Below are positions 37,355-47,480 of a stretch of 64,000 bases of DNA, piece after piece. Location: the IMG/VR virus record IMGVR_UViG_3300034062_008235, positions 1 to 64,000 of that record. One strand, given 5' to 3'. Numbering within the stretch: position 1 is the first letter of the stretch; each line of letters starts with the position of its first letter. A program made the position numbers and the translations under genes. The notes below the pieces were generated by a model, which made no database searches, was not told the origin of the DNA, and saw nothing but the letters and a program-made list of their open reading frames with translations. Source of the DNA: a virus.

Positions 37355-38726
37355 CTCTTTTTGCAGAATGCTTTTTCAAGTAAGGATTGTTTTCAAACAT
37401 AAAATCAATGTAAGTAACTTCTTTTTTGTCATCAGCTGTTCTTAATCCACGACCCATTCTTTGAATAATTAAATGATCAGCTTGCCCACCAGCAGCATTA
37501 ATTAAATTGTGAATTTTAACATTGATACCAGTGTTGAATATTTGTTGAGTAGCAATTGCTATACAACTAGTTTTAGAACTTTGTAACATATTAATTACTT
37601 CTTTTCTAGAATCATTATCGTCTTTTCCTGTGATCCAATAAGCGGTTGGGATCATTTTTTTCAATTGATCACCATGCGCAATTCTGTCTACTAAAATTAA
37701 TGTTCTGCCAGAAAACGCATTTGTCAATTCAACAACTTTATTATGTAAAGTTAAATTGTTGACAATACCAAGATCTATAGCTTCACTATAGATTGATAAG
37801 GAAAGATCAGGTTCACATATTTTGTAAAACAAGCATTTTGACTGAGATAATCTGCCTTTTTGTTGTAAGTCTGCTGTCGTTACTCTTCCTGTGGAAGTTG
37901 TAGTCGTCTTGATTATTGGACCGAAGAATCCTTTGACAAGATATTTGTGTACCTTGTCTGTTTCACCATGCTTAAACGGTGTTGCCGACAAACCTATCCT
38001 TATGACTGTATTTTTCATCTTTTTGTATATTTCTTTAGCTGTATCAGATACCATATCATGAACTTCATCTACAATAAGAACTCTTATGCTATCAAGCTTG
38101 TCTTCCAAATGATGAATTGATTGCGCAGTAGCAACAGTTATTTTATTTGGATTATTGTTTCCACCCCAACAAGAACCAATATTTTTAAATCCCCATCTAG
38201 AAATTTCATCAAAATTCTGAGAAGCTAAAGACTTTCTGTTTTGCAAAACTAAAGTCGGTTCATGTTCTCCTAAAGCCTTTAAGAGAGCAGACATAAGGAA
38301 TGTTTTCCCAGAAGCGGTAGGAGCAACAATAATTCCACGTTTGTGTTTGATCGCTTGGTTTACTAGGTCAACTTGATAATCTGTTAATTCGATTTTAGTG
38401 TTCATATCTTCGTTGTAATATTGTAAAAAATGTTCATCAATTTTATCGAATTTAAATTTAATTGGTATTCTTAAATCACTAAGATCATATGATTCATTGA
38501 ACTTTTTTACAATCATACAAATTTCTGGTAATATTCCGGTAAGAAATTTTCCTGTTTTTGCTGAAAAAAAGTTAACAAATCCATCCCACTTCTTAGATTT
38601 ATAAAGAGGTGTGAATTGATAACCTTTTTGTCTAAATTTTAAATTAAGAATAATGTATTTTAACATTTCTTGATTATCAGTTTGCAATTGACAGAAATCA
38701 TTGTTAATTGTAATTGTAGTCGCCAT
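37308..38726 (-). CDS. uvsW: UvsW-like SF2 DNA helicase
   Basis: WDG, YQ, APTASGKT, DEVH, GLSATP, TGIN and QRMGRGLR motifs. Confidence 0.88.
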   Translation of the reverse strand: MATTITINNDFCQLQTDNQEMLKYIILNLKFRQKGYQFTPLYKSKKWDGFVNFFSAKTGKFLTGILPEICMIVKKFNESYDLSDLRIPIKFKFDKIDEHFLQYYNEDMNTKIELTDYQVDLVNQAIKHKRGIIVAPTASGKTFLMSALLKALGEHEPTLVLQNRKSLASQNFDEISRWGFKNIGSCWGGNNNPNKITVATAQSIHHLEDKLDSIRVLIVDEVHDMVSDTAKEIYKKMKNTVIRIGLSATPFKHGETDKVHKYLVKGFFGPIIKTTTTSTGRVTTADLQQKGRLSQSKCLFYKICEPDLSLSIYSEAIDLGIVNNLTLHNKVVELTNAFSGRTLILVDRIAHGDQLKKMIPTAYWITGKDDNDSRKEVINMLQSSKTSCIAIATQQIFNTGINVKIHNLINAAGGQADHLIIQRMGRGLRTADDKKEVTYIDFMFENNPYLKKHSAKRVRILEKEGHSLQFFD

Positions 38727-38841
38727 TTTTACCTCTTAAAAACTATTATCAAGTCATAACCTTCATGCTAAATTATATTATTTTTTGAATATTTCGTCAA
38801 GATCTTTTATACATAGAAATGTTCTTTTTGGAGATTTTATT

Positions 38842-39006
38842 ATGATTGATAGCATGATTGATGAAACATTATTCGTTGTTAAAAATCTTGATAAAAATCT
38901 TAAAGAAGTTGCTGAAAAACAAAAAAAATTAGATGAAAAAATGGATTTTTTAGAATTTAATAAAACTAAAATAAGAAAAAAATTATTTCCTCTTGCGGAC
39001 ATTTAA
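38842..39006 (+). CDS. small coiled-coil hypothetical protein
   Basis: MIDSMIDE start after GGAG. Confidence 0.45.
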   Translation: MIDSMIDETLFVVKNLDKNLKEVAEKQKKLDEKMDFLEFNKTKIRKKLFPLADI

Positions 39007-39462
39007 GTAAAATAAATAACTATTTTTTTCTCCCGGTTTTAGGCTTTTAGCATTTTGTCTATAATCTAAAACTAATTTTGTTTCTGGATTTTCATAAATC
39101 ACAAAATCTTTCAATCTAGACAGTACAGTTGTAATAAATTCTTTGCTTCCTGTGAGCCTAAATGTATCTTGTTGTAAAGTACTACCTTTATGAATTTGCT
39201 CAATAGGCTGCAATTGTAAAGGTATATTAGGAGCTAAAGCTTTCCAAAAAGTCATAATTTGACTTTTCTTCGCTTTCCAAGGTTTTACTTTTGATCTGAA
39301 TCCGGTTTCTGCTGGCTGCGGAACAGCTACAGTGTGATTTACAGGGTCTGCATTCGCATTAATTGCAACTGGCGCAACTGCTTGCGGTTGTGGAACAGGA
39401 CGCTCAGTTATTCGTAGAGCATCCGGTTGATCATTATTTAAATATTCCCAAAATGTTTTCAT
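38983..39462 (-). CDS. protein with CTS-like N-terminus and P/A/V-rich tract
   Basis: MKTFWEYLN...ITE. Confidence 0.65.
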   Translation of the reverse strand: MKTFWEYLNNDQPDALRITERPVPQPQAVAPVAINANADPVNHTVAVPQPAETGFRSKVKPWKAKKSQIMTFWKALAPNIPLQLQPIEQIHKGSTLQQDTFRLTGSKEFITTVLSRLKDFVIYENPETKLVLDYRQNAKSLKPGEKNSYLFYLNVRKRK

Positions 39463-39480
39463 CGTACATATATATTTTGT

Positions 39481-39855
39481 ATGATCACAATTCATCAATT
39501 TAGAAGAAAAAAATTTTTAACTGAAGCAGATGCTCCAGCTGGTGGAGCATCCTCTAGTGGAGGTGCGGCACCACCGGGAGGAGCTTTAGGAGGAGCAACA
39601 CCACCACCCGGAGGAGCACCACCATCTGACTTAGGTGGTCTAGGTGGTAGCCTTGGCGGGTCATTAGGTGGAGCAACTCCTCCCCCACCTTCAAGTTTGG
39701 GTGCAGATCTTGGTGGTGGAATTGGTGTTGGAGCAACAGGTGGTGCTCCAACAGCCGTCATTACAGACATTAACAAACTAAATGCTTGGGATCTTCTCGA
39801 AAAATATTTTGAAGGCAAAATTAAGCGAAAAGATAAGCTTGAACCTTACACATAA
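39481..39855 (+). CDS. Gly/Pro/Ala low-complexity protein with CTS-like N-terminus
   Basis: MITIHQFRRKKFLTE then GGA/PPP repeats. Confidence 0.6.
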   Translation: MITIHQFRRKKFLTEADAPAGGASSSGGAAPPGGALGGATPPPGGAPPSDLGGLGGSLGGSLGGATPPPPSSLGADLGGGIGVGATGGAPTAVITDINKLNAWDLLEKYFEGKIKRKDKLEPYT

Positions 39856-39893
39856 ACTTGATATTATCATTTTGCGCCAAATCGAGGTAAAAA

Positions 39894-40973
39894 ATGATCA
39901 AGTTTTTGCTTTTTAGTGACATTCATATTCATCCGCACAAAAAAAGCGAAGATAGGCTTAATGATTGTTTACTTTGTTTGGTATGGGTTTTTGAAACAGC
40001 TAAGAAGCATAATATAAAAAATATAATTTTTGGTGGTGATTTTTTTCATGATCGCACAAAAATTGAATCAATTGTATTACACGAAACATTTTCTATTCTT
40101 AAAAAATATCTTGATGGCAGCATAAATTTCTATGTTCTTTTGGGAAATCACGATCTTTGGTATTTTGAAAAGACATCTATCAGCTCTGTTACTGCTGTAT
40201 CAGCATTGCCTAATGTTTATATTATAGATAAACCAAAACAAATCATCATAGAAGGTATTAGCTGGCATTTTGTTCCTTTTACACATAATCCAATAGAAGA
40301 CATTGATTTATTATCAGTTTTGAATCCACAAGATTCGTTTTTCTTAGGACATTTAGCAGTTGATGGCGCAAAATTAAATTCCAAAGGGTCAACTGCCGAT
40401 GTAGAGATTGAACATGATGGAGAAATGACTAAAGTTAGTCCAAATATTTTCTCAAAATACAAACATGCATTTCTTGGACATTATCATAACGCTCAAACAA
40501 TATCAGAAAATACTGAATATATTGGCAGTCCATTGCAATTATCTTTCGGAGAATTAGAAGATAAAAAGAATATAATTATTTTAGAATTTATAGAAAATGA
40601 TTATATTGTCAACTACGTTGCAAATGATTTTAGTCCACAACATTTTGAAGGAGATCTTGAAACTATAATGAAAATTGATCCGCAATTGTTGAAAAAATCT
40701 TTTGTATCAGTAATTGTCGAGGATGAAGATAAAGAAGAAATCAATAAAAAAATAAAGTTGTTAGAGAGTCAAGGTGTAAGTTCAGTCAAAATAAAGAAAA
40801 ACATTATTGATAAAAATCAAAACAACGAATTAAAACAAATAGAAATTGCAAAAGAAATTTTAAGTCAATCAGACAAAATGGTTAAAAAGTTTGTTGAGAT
40901 AACGATGACTGAGTTAAACAAGGATTTGCTTATCAGTTGTGGGTTGGATATCATCAACCAGTCTCAGGAGTAG
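39894..40973 (+). CDS. gp47/Mre11/SbcD-like nuclease
   Basis: DIH, GDFFH, GNHD, GHYH and YIGSP motifs. Confidence 0.92.
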   Translation: MIKFLLFSDIHIHPHKKSEDRLNDCLLCLVWVFETAKKHNIKNIIFGGDFFHDRTKIESIVLHETFSILKKYLDGSINFYVLLGNHDLWYFEKTSISSVTAVSALPNVYIIDKPKQIIIEGISWHFVPFTHNPIEDIDLLSVLNPQDSFFLGHLAVDGAKLNSKGSTADVEIEHDGEMTKVSPNIFSKYKHAFLGHYHNAQTISENTEYIGSPLQLSFGELEDKKNIIILEFIENDYIVNYVANDFSPQHFEGDLETIMKIDPQLLKKSFVSVIVEDEDKEEINKKIKLLESQGVSSVKIKKNIIDKNQNNELKQIEIAKEILSQSDKMVKKFVEITMTELNKDLLISCGLDIINQSQE

Positions 40974-40977
40974 TTCA

Positions 40978-42981
40978 ATGCGGAATATCAACTTTAAGAA
41001 AATAAAAGCTCAAAACTTTTTGTGCTTTGGCGATCAAGGCATAGAAATTGATTTTCAAAACTATGATTCAATTGTTATCATTACAGGGAAAAATCTTGAT
41101 ATCAAAGATAGTGAATTTAATTCCAGCAATGGTAGCGGTAAAAGTAGCATCTTAGATGTGCTCCTTTATGGGCTTTTTGGAAAAACATTGAAAAATCCCA
41201 AGAAAATTGGAGTTAAAGATGTGATTAACAACAAAACTAATAAAAAAATGTCAATTGAAATATATTTTGATGACGTTAAGATTTTACGTTCAAGAAAACC
41301 TGATGGATTAAAACTTTGGAGATCAAAAGACGAAAAATTTGATGAAGCTACAGAATTGACTAGAGGAGAAATTAAACAAACACAAGATATGATTGAATCT
41401 ATTCTTGGCTTTAATTATGAAACATTTAAATCTATTTGTGCCTTTACAGATTCAAACACAGATAGTTATTTAGAATCAAGTTCTACAGAAAGAAGAATAA
41501 TTGTAGAAAACCTTTTAGGTTTAGAGAAATACAGAATTTATAACGAAAAAACAAAAGAAATAGTAAAAGAAACAAAAATTGAAATAACTTTGGCAGAAAA
41601 AGATAACATCGCTAATCAATCTATGATCGACAATATGACTTTGCAATTAAATCAAATTATCGATAAAGAAAATTTATGGAAAGATAACATCAAACAAGAA
41701 ATCATAAACTTAAAAAATGAACAAGAAATTTTAAACAAACAAATCAAAGATTTAAAATCTTTTGACCCTCAAATTGAAAAATACGATAACGCACAAGAAA
41801 AAATTAAAACCAATAATATTGAAATTGAAAATTTAAACAAAAAAATATCAAAATTAGATAGCTCAAAAGATCAAATTGAAACCAAAATAGAAGAAGGGAA
41901 AAACTTGCTCATTGATAATAATAACAAATTAGGAAAAATAAACAATAACATACATTCGTCAGAAATCAAAATTAAAGAAAATAAGATTAAAATTGATAAA
42001 ATAACTAAACTTGAAGATGGTGTTACATGCGATCATTGTTTGTCAATTATCGATAAAAATGGCTATTTTCACATTGAACAAGATTGTAAAAACAATTTAG
42101 ATATCCTTTTAACTAACAAAAATGAATTAGAAAATAATCATAAAGAATTAATTGATAAGATATTGTCTATTAAGACGGATATACAAAAAGTAATTGATTT
42201 AAAAAATAAGATAAGTGCGTCTTTAACAGAAACCAAAAACAACATTCAAAAGATTCAAGATGAAATTAGAGAATTGAACAAAGTACAAAAGCCAGAAACG
42301 ATTAATATGATTGATAAGATTGAAAATAAAATTTCCATTAATAGTGTTACTATTATGGAAAAAGAGAATGCAATTAAAAACAAATCTCCTTTGGCTGATA
42401 TAAAAGATAATGTTGAAAAAAACATACAAGATATTAAAAGCAATAAAGAGAAGAGCCAAACAAAACTTGACAACCTTGTTGCTAAAATTCCATATTTGAA
42501 TTTCTGGCTTGATGCTTTTGGAGATAAAGGTGTACGAAAATTTGTTGTTGATCAGATACTACCATTGTTAAATAATTCAGTGGAAAATATGCTTTCCATT
42601 TTGATTGATGGAAATTTGTCGCTAAAATTTGATAACGAATTTAATGAAGAGATAAAAAAATCCACAGATGATGTTCCAATAATATATGATTTGCTTTCAA
42701 ATGGGCAAAAAAGAAGAATTAATTTAGCTGTTTCTCAAGCTTTTGCACATGTTCGAGAACTTAATAGCGGATCAACACCTAATATTATATTCTTGGACGA
42801 AATATCTATTAACATGGATTCTCAAGGAAACAATGCCATATACAGACTTATTAGGAATATAGCAAAAAACAAAAAAGTTTTTATAACGACACATGATCAA
42901 GAATTATTGCAATTGTTGTCTGGTGCAAGTGAGTTGAAATTACGAATGGAAAACGGTATTTCATGTATACATAATGAGTGA
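40978..42981 (+). CDS. gp46/Rad50/SbcC-like ATPase
   Basis: NGSGKSS, coiled coil with CDHC hook, LSNGQ, LDE and TTH motifs. Confidence 0.93.
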   Translation: MRNINFKKIKAQNFLCFGDQGIEIDFQNYDSIVIITGKNLDIKDSEFNSSNGSGKSSILDVLLYGLFGKTLKNPKKIGVKDVINNKTNKKMSIEIYFDDVKILRSRKPDGLKLWRSKDEKFDEATELTRGEIKQTQDMIESILGFNYETFKSICAFTDSNTDSYLESSSTERRIIVENLLGLEKYRIYNEKTKEIVKETKIEITLAEKDNIANQSMIDNMTLQLNQIIDKENLWKDNIKQEIINLKNEQEILNKQIKDLKSFDPQIEKYDNAQEKIKTNNIEIENLNKKISKLDSSKDQIETKIEEGKNLLIDNNNKLGKINNNIHSSEIKIKENKIKIDKITKLEDGVTCDHCLSIIDKNGYFHIEQDCKNNLDILLTNKNELENNHKELIDKILSIKTDIQKVIDLKNKISASLTETKNNIQKIQDEIRELNKVQKPETINMIDKIENKISINSVTIMEKENAIKNKSPLADIKDNVEKNIQDIKSNKEKSQTKLDNLVAKIPYLNFWLDAFGDKGVRKFVVDQILPLLNNSVENMLSILIDGNLSLKFDNEFNEEIKKSTDDVPIIYDLLSNGQKRRINLAVSQAFAHVRELNSGSTPNIIFLDEISINMDSQGNNAIYRLIRNIAKNKKVFITTHDQELLQLLSGASELKLRMENGISCIHNE

Positions 42982-43099
42982 ATTTTAAAAATACGGAAAA
43001 TTTGCTATTGCATGTTGAAAATTAATGAAATTTTTATTGCTTAGTAATTCACAATCAGTATTATTAATCTTATTGGTGTTTCTAAATTGAGGGGTTATA

Positions 43100-45547
43100 A
43101 TGTATCAGTACACTACAGCTTTTGACAAATGCGTATCTTACTTCGAGGGAGATGAACTAGCCGCTAAAGTATTTTTGGACAAATACGCTCTTAAAGACAA
43201 CAATTCTAATTTACTCGAAGAAACACCAGTTGATATGCATCACCGTCTTGCCAAAGAATTTGCAAGAATTGAAGCAGAAAAGTATACAGAACCTCTTTCA
43301 GAAGAACAAATTTTTTCTTTATTCGATAAATTCAAATACATTGTACCTCAAGGAAGTCCCATGTTTGGTATCGGAAATGATCATCAAATCATTTCTCTAT
43401 CGAATTGTTATGTAGTCGAAAGTCCAAAAGACAGTTATGGTGGCATCCTTAAGGTTGATGAACATTTAGCTCAAATCTCTAAAAGAAGAGGCGGCGTTGG
43501 CGTAGACATATCAACTCTACGTCCTGCTGGCGAACCTGTTAAGAACGCTGCTAGGACCAGCACGGGCATTGGTTCATGGATGGAGAGATATAGCAATACG
43601 ATCAGAGAAGTCGGGCAGGCGGGGCGCAGAGGCGCTCTAATGCTTAGTATCCATGTCGCACACAAAGACATTGAATCATTTATTACGATTAAGAACGACA
43701 GTTCAAAAGTTACAGGAGCAAATATTTCTGTTTTGCTTAGCAATGAATTCTTGGAAGCTGTAGAAAAGGGTGAAAAGTTCCGTTTACGATTCCCCGTAGA
43801 TGCTCCTCCTAGTGATAGTGACATCTATGTTGATGCTAAGGAATTGTGGAAAAAGATCATCCACAATGCATGGCTAAGAGCGGAACCCGGTCTTTTGTTC
43901 TGGGATCAAATCACTAAGTACAATGCTGTTGATTGTTATGCAGAAGATGGATATAAAACTATATCAACAAACCCTTGTGCAGAATTGCCAATTTGCGCTT
44001 TTGACAGTTGCCGCTTAATGGTTCTCAATTTGTTCTCTTATGTTGTCAATCCTTTTACCAAAAATGCATATTTTGATTTTGCTTTGTTTGAAGAGCATGC
44101 AATAATTTGTCAGAGATTGATGGATGACATGATTGATCTTGAACTTGAAAAAGTAAGTGAAATTATTAAGAAAATTAAGAAAGACCCAGAATCCAGTACT
44201 ATTAAAGCTAATGAGCTTGAACTATGGGGAGAGATTTATAAAAAGTGTGAGAATGGCAGAAGAACTGGAACTGGGTTAACTGCTTTAGGCGATGCGATGG
44301 CTGCTTTAAGTATTGCTTATGGCAGCAGACAAAGCATTGACGTAACTGGTAAAATTTGTAAAGCTTTATGTTTATCGTCATTTAGATCTAGTGTTGATAT
44401 GGCTAAGAAAACAGGCGCATTCCCTGTGTGGGATTGGAATAAGGAAAAAGATTCTGAATTCCTTTTGATGTTAAGAGATCTGGATGCAACTCTTTATGAA
44501 AACATGCAAAAGCATGGTAGAAGGAACATTGCCAATCTGACAATCGCTCCAACGGGATCAGTGTCTATTATGACACAGACAACATCTGGAATTGAACCTC
44601 TGTTCATGCTTTTCCCATATACTAGAAGAAAGAAAATTAATCCAAACGATAAGAATGCAAGAGTAGACTTCGTCGATCCTAATGGTGATCATTGGCAAGA
44701 ATTTGAGGTATATCATCCTAAAGTCAAAATGTGGATGGATGTTACAGGTGAAAAGGATCTCAAAAAGTCTCCTTGGTTTGGTTGCTGCGCTGAAGATATT
44801 GACTGGGTTTCAGCTGTAGAATTGCAAGCAGAAGCACAGAAATATGTTGATCATGCAATTTCCAAGACTGTTAACTTGCCAGAAGATGTGACGGAAGAAC
44901 AAGTTGCCAAGATTTATGAAGCTGCATGGAAATATAAATGCAAGGGTATGACAGTCTATCGTAAAAATTGCCGTACAGGAGTTTTGATAGAAAAGCCTGC
45001 TAAGAAAGAAGTAGAAGAAAAAATTATAAAGAATGATGCTCCAAAACGTCCTTCCGACATTGAAGCAGAATTATATTTGCCAATCGTAAAAAGTGAACCT
45101 TATTACGTTGTTGTTGGTCTTCTTGGTGGTGAACCATATGAAGTATTTGCTGGTCTGAATACAGAAGATGGTAAACCAGTGATCAAATGTAAAGAATCTA
45201 AAGGATTGCTTAAGAAGTTAAATAGGGGCAAGTATGTTTTCCAAGCTGGCAATGAATCATTTAACTTAATTAATATCAGCAATCACGAAAATGGAGATGC
45301 TTTGTGTCGAATGGTAAGCACTTCACTGCGTCATGGTGCGGATATTAGTTTTGTTGTACATCAACTTGAAAAGACTAAGGGCGATCTTGTCAGTCTAAGT
45401 AAGGTTCTTGCCAGAACGCTCAAGAAGTATATTAAAGATGGAACTAAGGTGCATGGTGAAGAATGTCCTTCTTGTCAGGGAAGTCAAGTTGAAAGAAATG
45501 ATGGTTGTGTTCTGTGTAAATCATGTGGTTGGTCTAAATGTGGTTAA
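43100..45547 (+). CDS. nrdJ: class II (B12-dependent) ribonucleotide reductase
   Basis: LSNC, RRGA, TNPCAE, SCRL, IAPTGS..TTSGIEP, ISKTVN and KGMTVYR; C-terminal extension with Zn ribbon; no nrdB nearby. Confidence 0.92.
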   Translation: MYQYTTAFDKCVSYFEGDELAAKVFLDKYALKDNNSNLLEETPVDMHHRLAKEFARIEAEKYTEPLSEEQIFSLFDKFKYIVPQGSPMFGIGNDHQIISLSNCYVVESPKDSYGGILKVDEHLAQISKRRGGVGVDISTLRPAGEPVKNAARTSTGIGSWMERYSNTIREVGQAGRRGALMLSIHVAHKDIESFITIKNDSSKVTGANISVLLSNEFLEAVEKGEKFRLRFPVDAPPSDSDIYVDAKELWKKIIHNAWLRAEPGLLFWDQITKYNAVDCYAEDGYKTISTNPCAELPICAFDSCRLMVLNLFSYVVNPFTKNAYFDFALFEEHAIICQRLMDDMIDLELEKVSEIIKKIKKDPESSTIKANELELWGEIYKKCENGRRTGTGLTALGDAMAALSIAYGSRQSIDVTGKICKALCLSSFRSSVDMAKKTGAFPVWDWNKEKDSEFLLMLRDLDATLYENMQKHGRRNIANLTIAPTGSVSIMTQTTSGIEPLFMLFPYTRRKKINPNDKNARVDFVDPNGDHWQEFEVYHPKVKMWMDVTGEKDLKKSPWFGCCAEDIDWVSAVELQAEAQKYVDHAISKTVNLPEDVTEEQVAKIYEAAWKYKCKGMTVYRKNCRTGVLIEKPAKKEVEEKIIKNDAPKRPSDIEAELYLPIVKSEPYYVVVGLLGGEPYEVFAGLNTEDGKPVIKCKESKGLLKKLNRGKYVFQAGNESFNLINISNHENGDALCRMVSTSLRHGADISFVVHQLEKTKGDLVSLSKVLARTLKKYIKDGTKVHGEECPSCQGSQVERNDGCVLCKSCGWSKCG

Positions 45548-45568
45548 ATAAAAATGTCAATTGCTAAA

Positions 45569-45618
45569 TATTAAAACCTTTTTATTACATGAATTTCTGT
45601 AATAAAAAGGTTTTAATA
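45569..45618. terminator. long AT-rich hairpin after nrdJ
   Basis: 21-bp perfect stem TATTAAAACCTTTTTATTACA with an 8-nt loop. Confidence 0.6.
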
Positions 45619-45652
45619 AAAAACATTTGATACTTTATTAATAAATAGAAAT

Positions 45653-46135
45653 ATGACAGACTTTAATTTTAGAGAATTCGTTTTAAACGAAAACAAAGTT
45701 TACTTAGCCAAAGAAATTGGTGATGTCCTTAATTCTTCACAAGAACTTTCGGACGAAGTAAATAAAATTGGTACAAGAAACTTAGTTCGTTATGCACAAA
45801 TTATTGTAAACAAATCTAGAGGCATTCTTCAAGGTCACTGGGGCAATGAAAATAGAAAATTTCTTAAAGGATTACAAAAATGTGCTGTTTCTCTCGCAAA
45901 GTCTATAGATGAAAATGATAATATAGAAGAAGTCTTAAAAAGTACAATTGACACTTTGCAGAAAGTCGTTAATAAAATGGGAGTTCCTATTAACGCTTTC
46001 CAAATTACAGAAAAACCAAAAGAAATGGAAACTCCTAAAGATGTATCAGGTCAGGATATAGCACCAGATAATCCTCCAGCAAGTGGTTTTGATACCTCTG
46101 CTGCTGCTCCTACAGCACAATATCCACAAAAATAA
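45653..46135 (+). CDS. protein with CTS-like N-terminus
   Basis: MTDFNFREFVLNE; TAAATA-N5-ATG. Confidence 0.65.
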   Translation: MTDFNFREFVLNENKVYLAKEIGDVLNSSQELSDEVNKIGTRNLVRYAQIIVNKSRGILQGHWGNENRKFLKGLQKCAVSLAKSIDENDNIEEVLKSTIDTLQKVVNKMGVPINAFQITEKPKEMETPKDVSGQDIAPDNPPASGFDTSAAAPTAQYPQK

Positions 46136-46154
46136 TATAAAAGGAAGGTGTATT

Positions 46155-46946
46155 ATTTGTGGAATTGCTGGTTTCATAGGTAAGTCTGTTAATCCAAAAT
46201 TTACTTATAATCTCTCTAAAAGAATATTTAAACTTCTTGAATATCGTGGAGTACACGCTGCTGGAATCTACGCTATTGATGAAGACAATAATACTTATTT
46301 TAAAAAAGAACCAATTCCATCTTCTGAATTTGTTAAAACGGATTACTTTAACAGCATTAAAAATATCAATATGAAATTATGTCTGCTTCATACAAGAAAC
46401 GCAACAGCAGGTTGTGGTGATCCACATGACAATACTAACAATCACCCATTTATAAGTAAAGATAATAGCAAAATTCTTATACACAACGGAGTCGTTGAAA
46501 AAACAGAATACAATATATTAAAAGAATTTTTTCCAACAGAATCAAATTGTGACTCAGAAATACTTCTTCGCTTTCTTGAAAATAGCCAAGAATCAACTGT
46601 TAAATCTTTTTCAAAACTAACAGGTCTTATTCCAAAAAGTCAATTTGCTATATCATTGTGCGAAGTAGAAAAAAATAAAATAAAATTATATCTTTATAGA
46701 AACCACGCAAGACCATTATATTTCTTTGATTTAACTCAAACTATAGGACAAATATTTTTTTGTTCCACAGTTGAAATATTTCTTCATGCTCTTTCGTATT
46801 ATAGCAAATCAGATCAAATTATGGAAGAATGCAGTTTTTATAAAGTAAGCCCTTACAAATTATGCGAATTTTCACTCAGTGATAATATCATAAACAAAAA
46901 GTTTTACTCAATAAAACTGCATAAAGAGGTGTCACTTGAATACTGA
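46155..46946 (+). CDS. class II (Ntn) glutamine amidotransferase
   Basis: xCGIAG, RG.HAAG, HTRNAT, NNHPF, HNG and DSE motifs; inferred ATT start. Confidence 0.85.
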   Translation: MCGIAGFIGKSVNPKFTYNLSKRIFKLLEYRGVHAAGIYAIDEDNNTYFKKEPIPSSEFVKTDYFNSIKNINMKLCLLHTRNATAGCGDPHDNTNNHPFISKDNSKILIHNGVVEKTEYNILKEFFPTESNCDSEILLRFLENSQESTVKSFSKLTGLIPKSQFAISLCEVEKNKIKLYLYRNHARPLYFFDLTQTIGQIFFCSTVEIFLHALSYYSKSDQIMEECSFYKVSPYKLCEFSLSDNIINKKFYSIKLHKEVSLEY

Positions 46947-47472
46947 TAATTTCTCTGGTCTTGATGTAGATGAGATACAACCAAAAAAATCGAAAAAAGT
47001 AAATGGTAAGAAAAAAGGAAATCGTACAGAATTAGAATTAACTAAAATATTATCTAATCGTTTTAATATGCCCTTCACCCGTTCTGTTGGAAGCGGCAAT
47101 AGATGGGGACAAGTTGAAAAAATGACTGAAGAAGCCACACAAGTCTTTAGCGGTGACCTTGTTGTTCCTAAAGGTTTTAAGTTTGTTATTGAAAGCAAAG
47201 GCGGCTACGATAGCATTGATATGAGTGCCGTTTTTATCAAGGGTAATAGTGAACTAGATAGTTTTATGCAACAAGTAACTGATGATAGCAGACGTTGCGG
47301 TAGAAATCCTATGGTTTGCTGGAAGAAGACACGCAAACCTTGGCTTGTTTTTGTGCTTACAAGAGATCTTGTTGGTTATGAGTTCGAATATGCAATGAAA
47401 TACAAAGAATGGACAGGAGTGGCTTTAGATCACATTCTAAAGCTCAACGACGACTTCTTCTATCAATCCTAG
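46936..47472 (+). CDS. Holliday junction resolvase (Hjc-like PD-(D/E)xK)
   Basis: KGNRTELE, RSVGSG, GDL and FVIESK motifs. Confidence 0.8.
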   Translation: MNTDNFSGLDVDEIQPKKSKKVNGKKKGNRTELELTKILSNRFNMPFTRSVGSGNRWGQVEKMTEEATQVFSGDLVVPKGFKFVIESKGGYDSIDMSAVFIKGNSELDSFMQQVTDDSRRCGRNPMVCWKKTRKPWLVFVLTRDLVGYEFEYAMKYKEWTGVALDHILKLNDDFFYQS

Positions 47473-47480
47473 CCTATCAA

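Noticed and set aside
43100-45547. Intein or intron in nrdJ, helicases or recA
   Set aside because: Lengths are normal, frames are continuous and no splicing motifs were seen.
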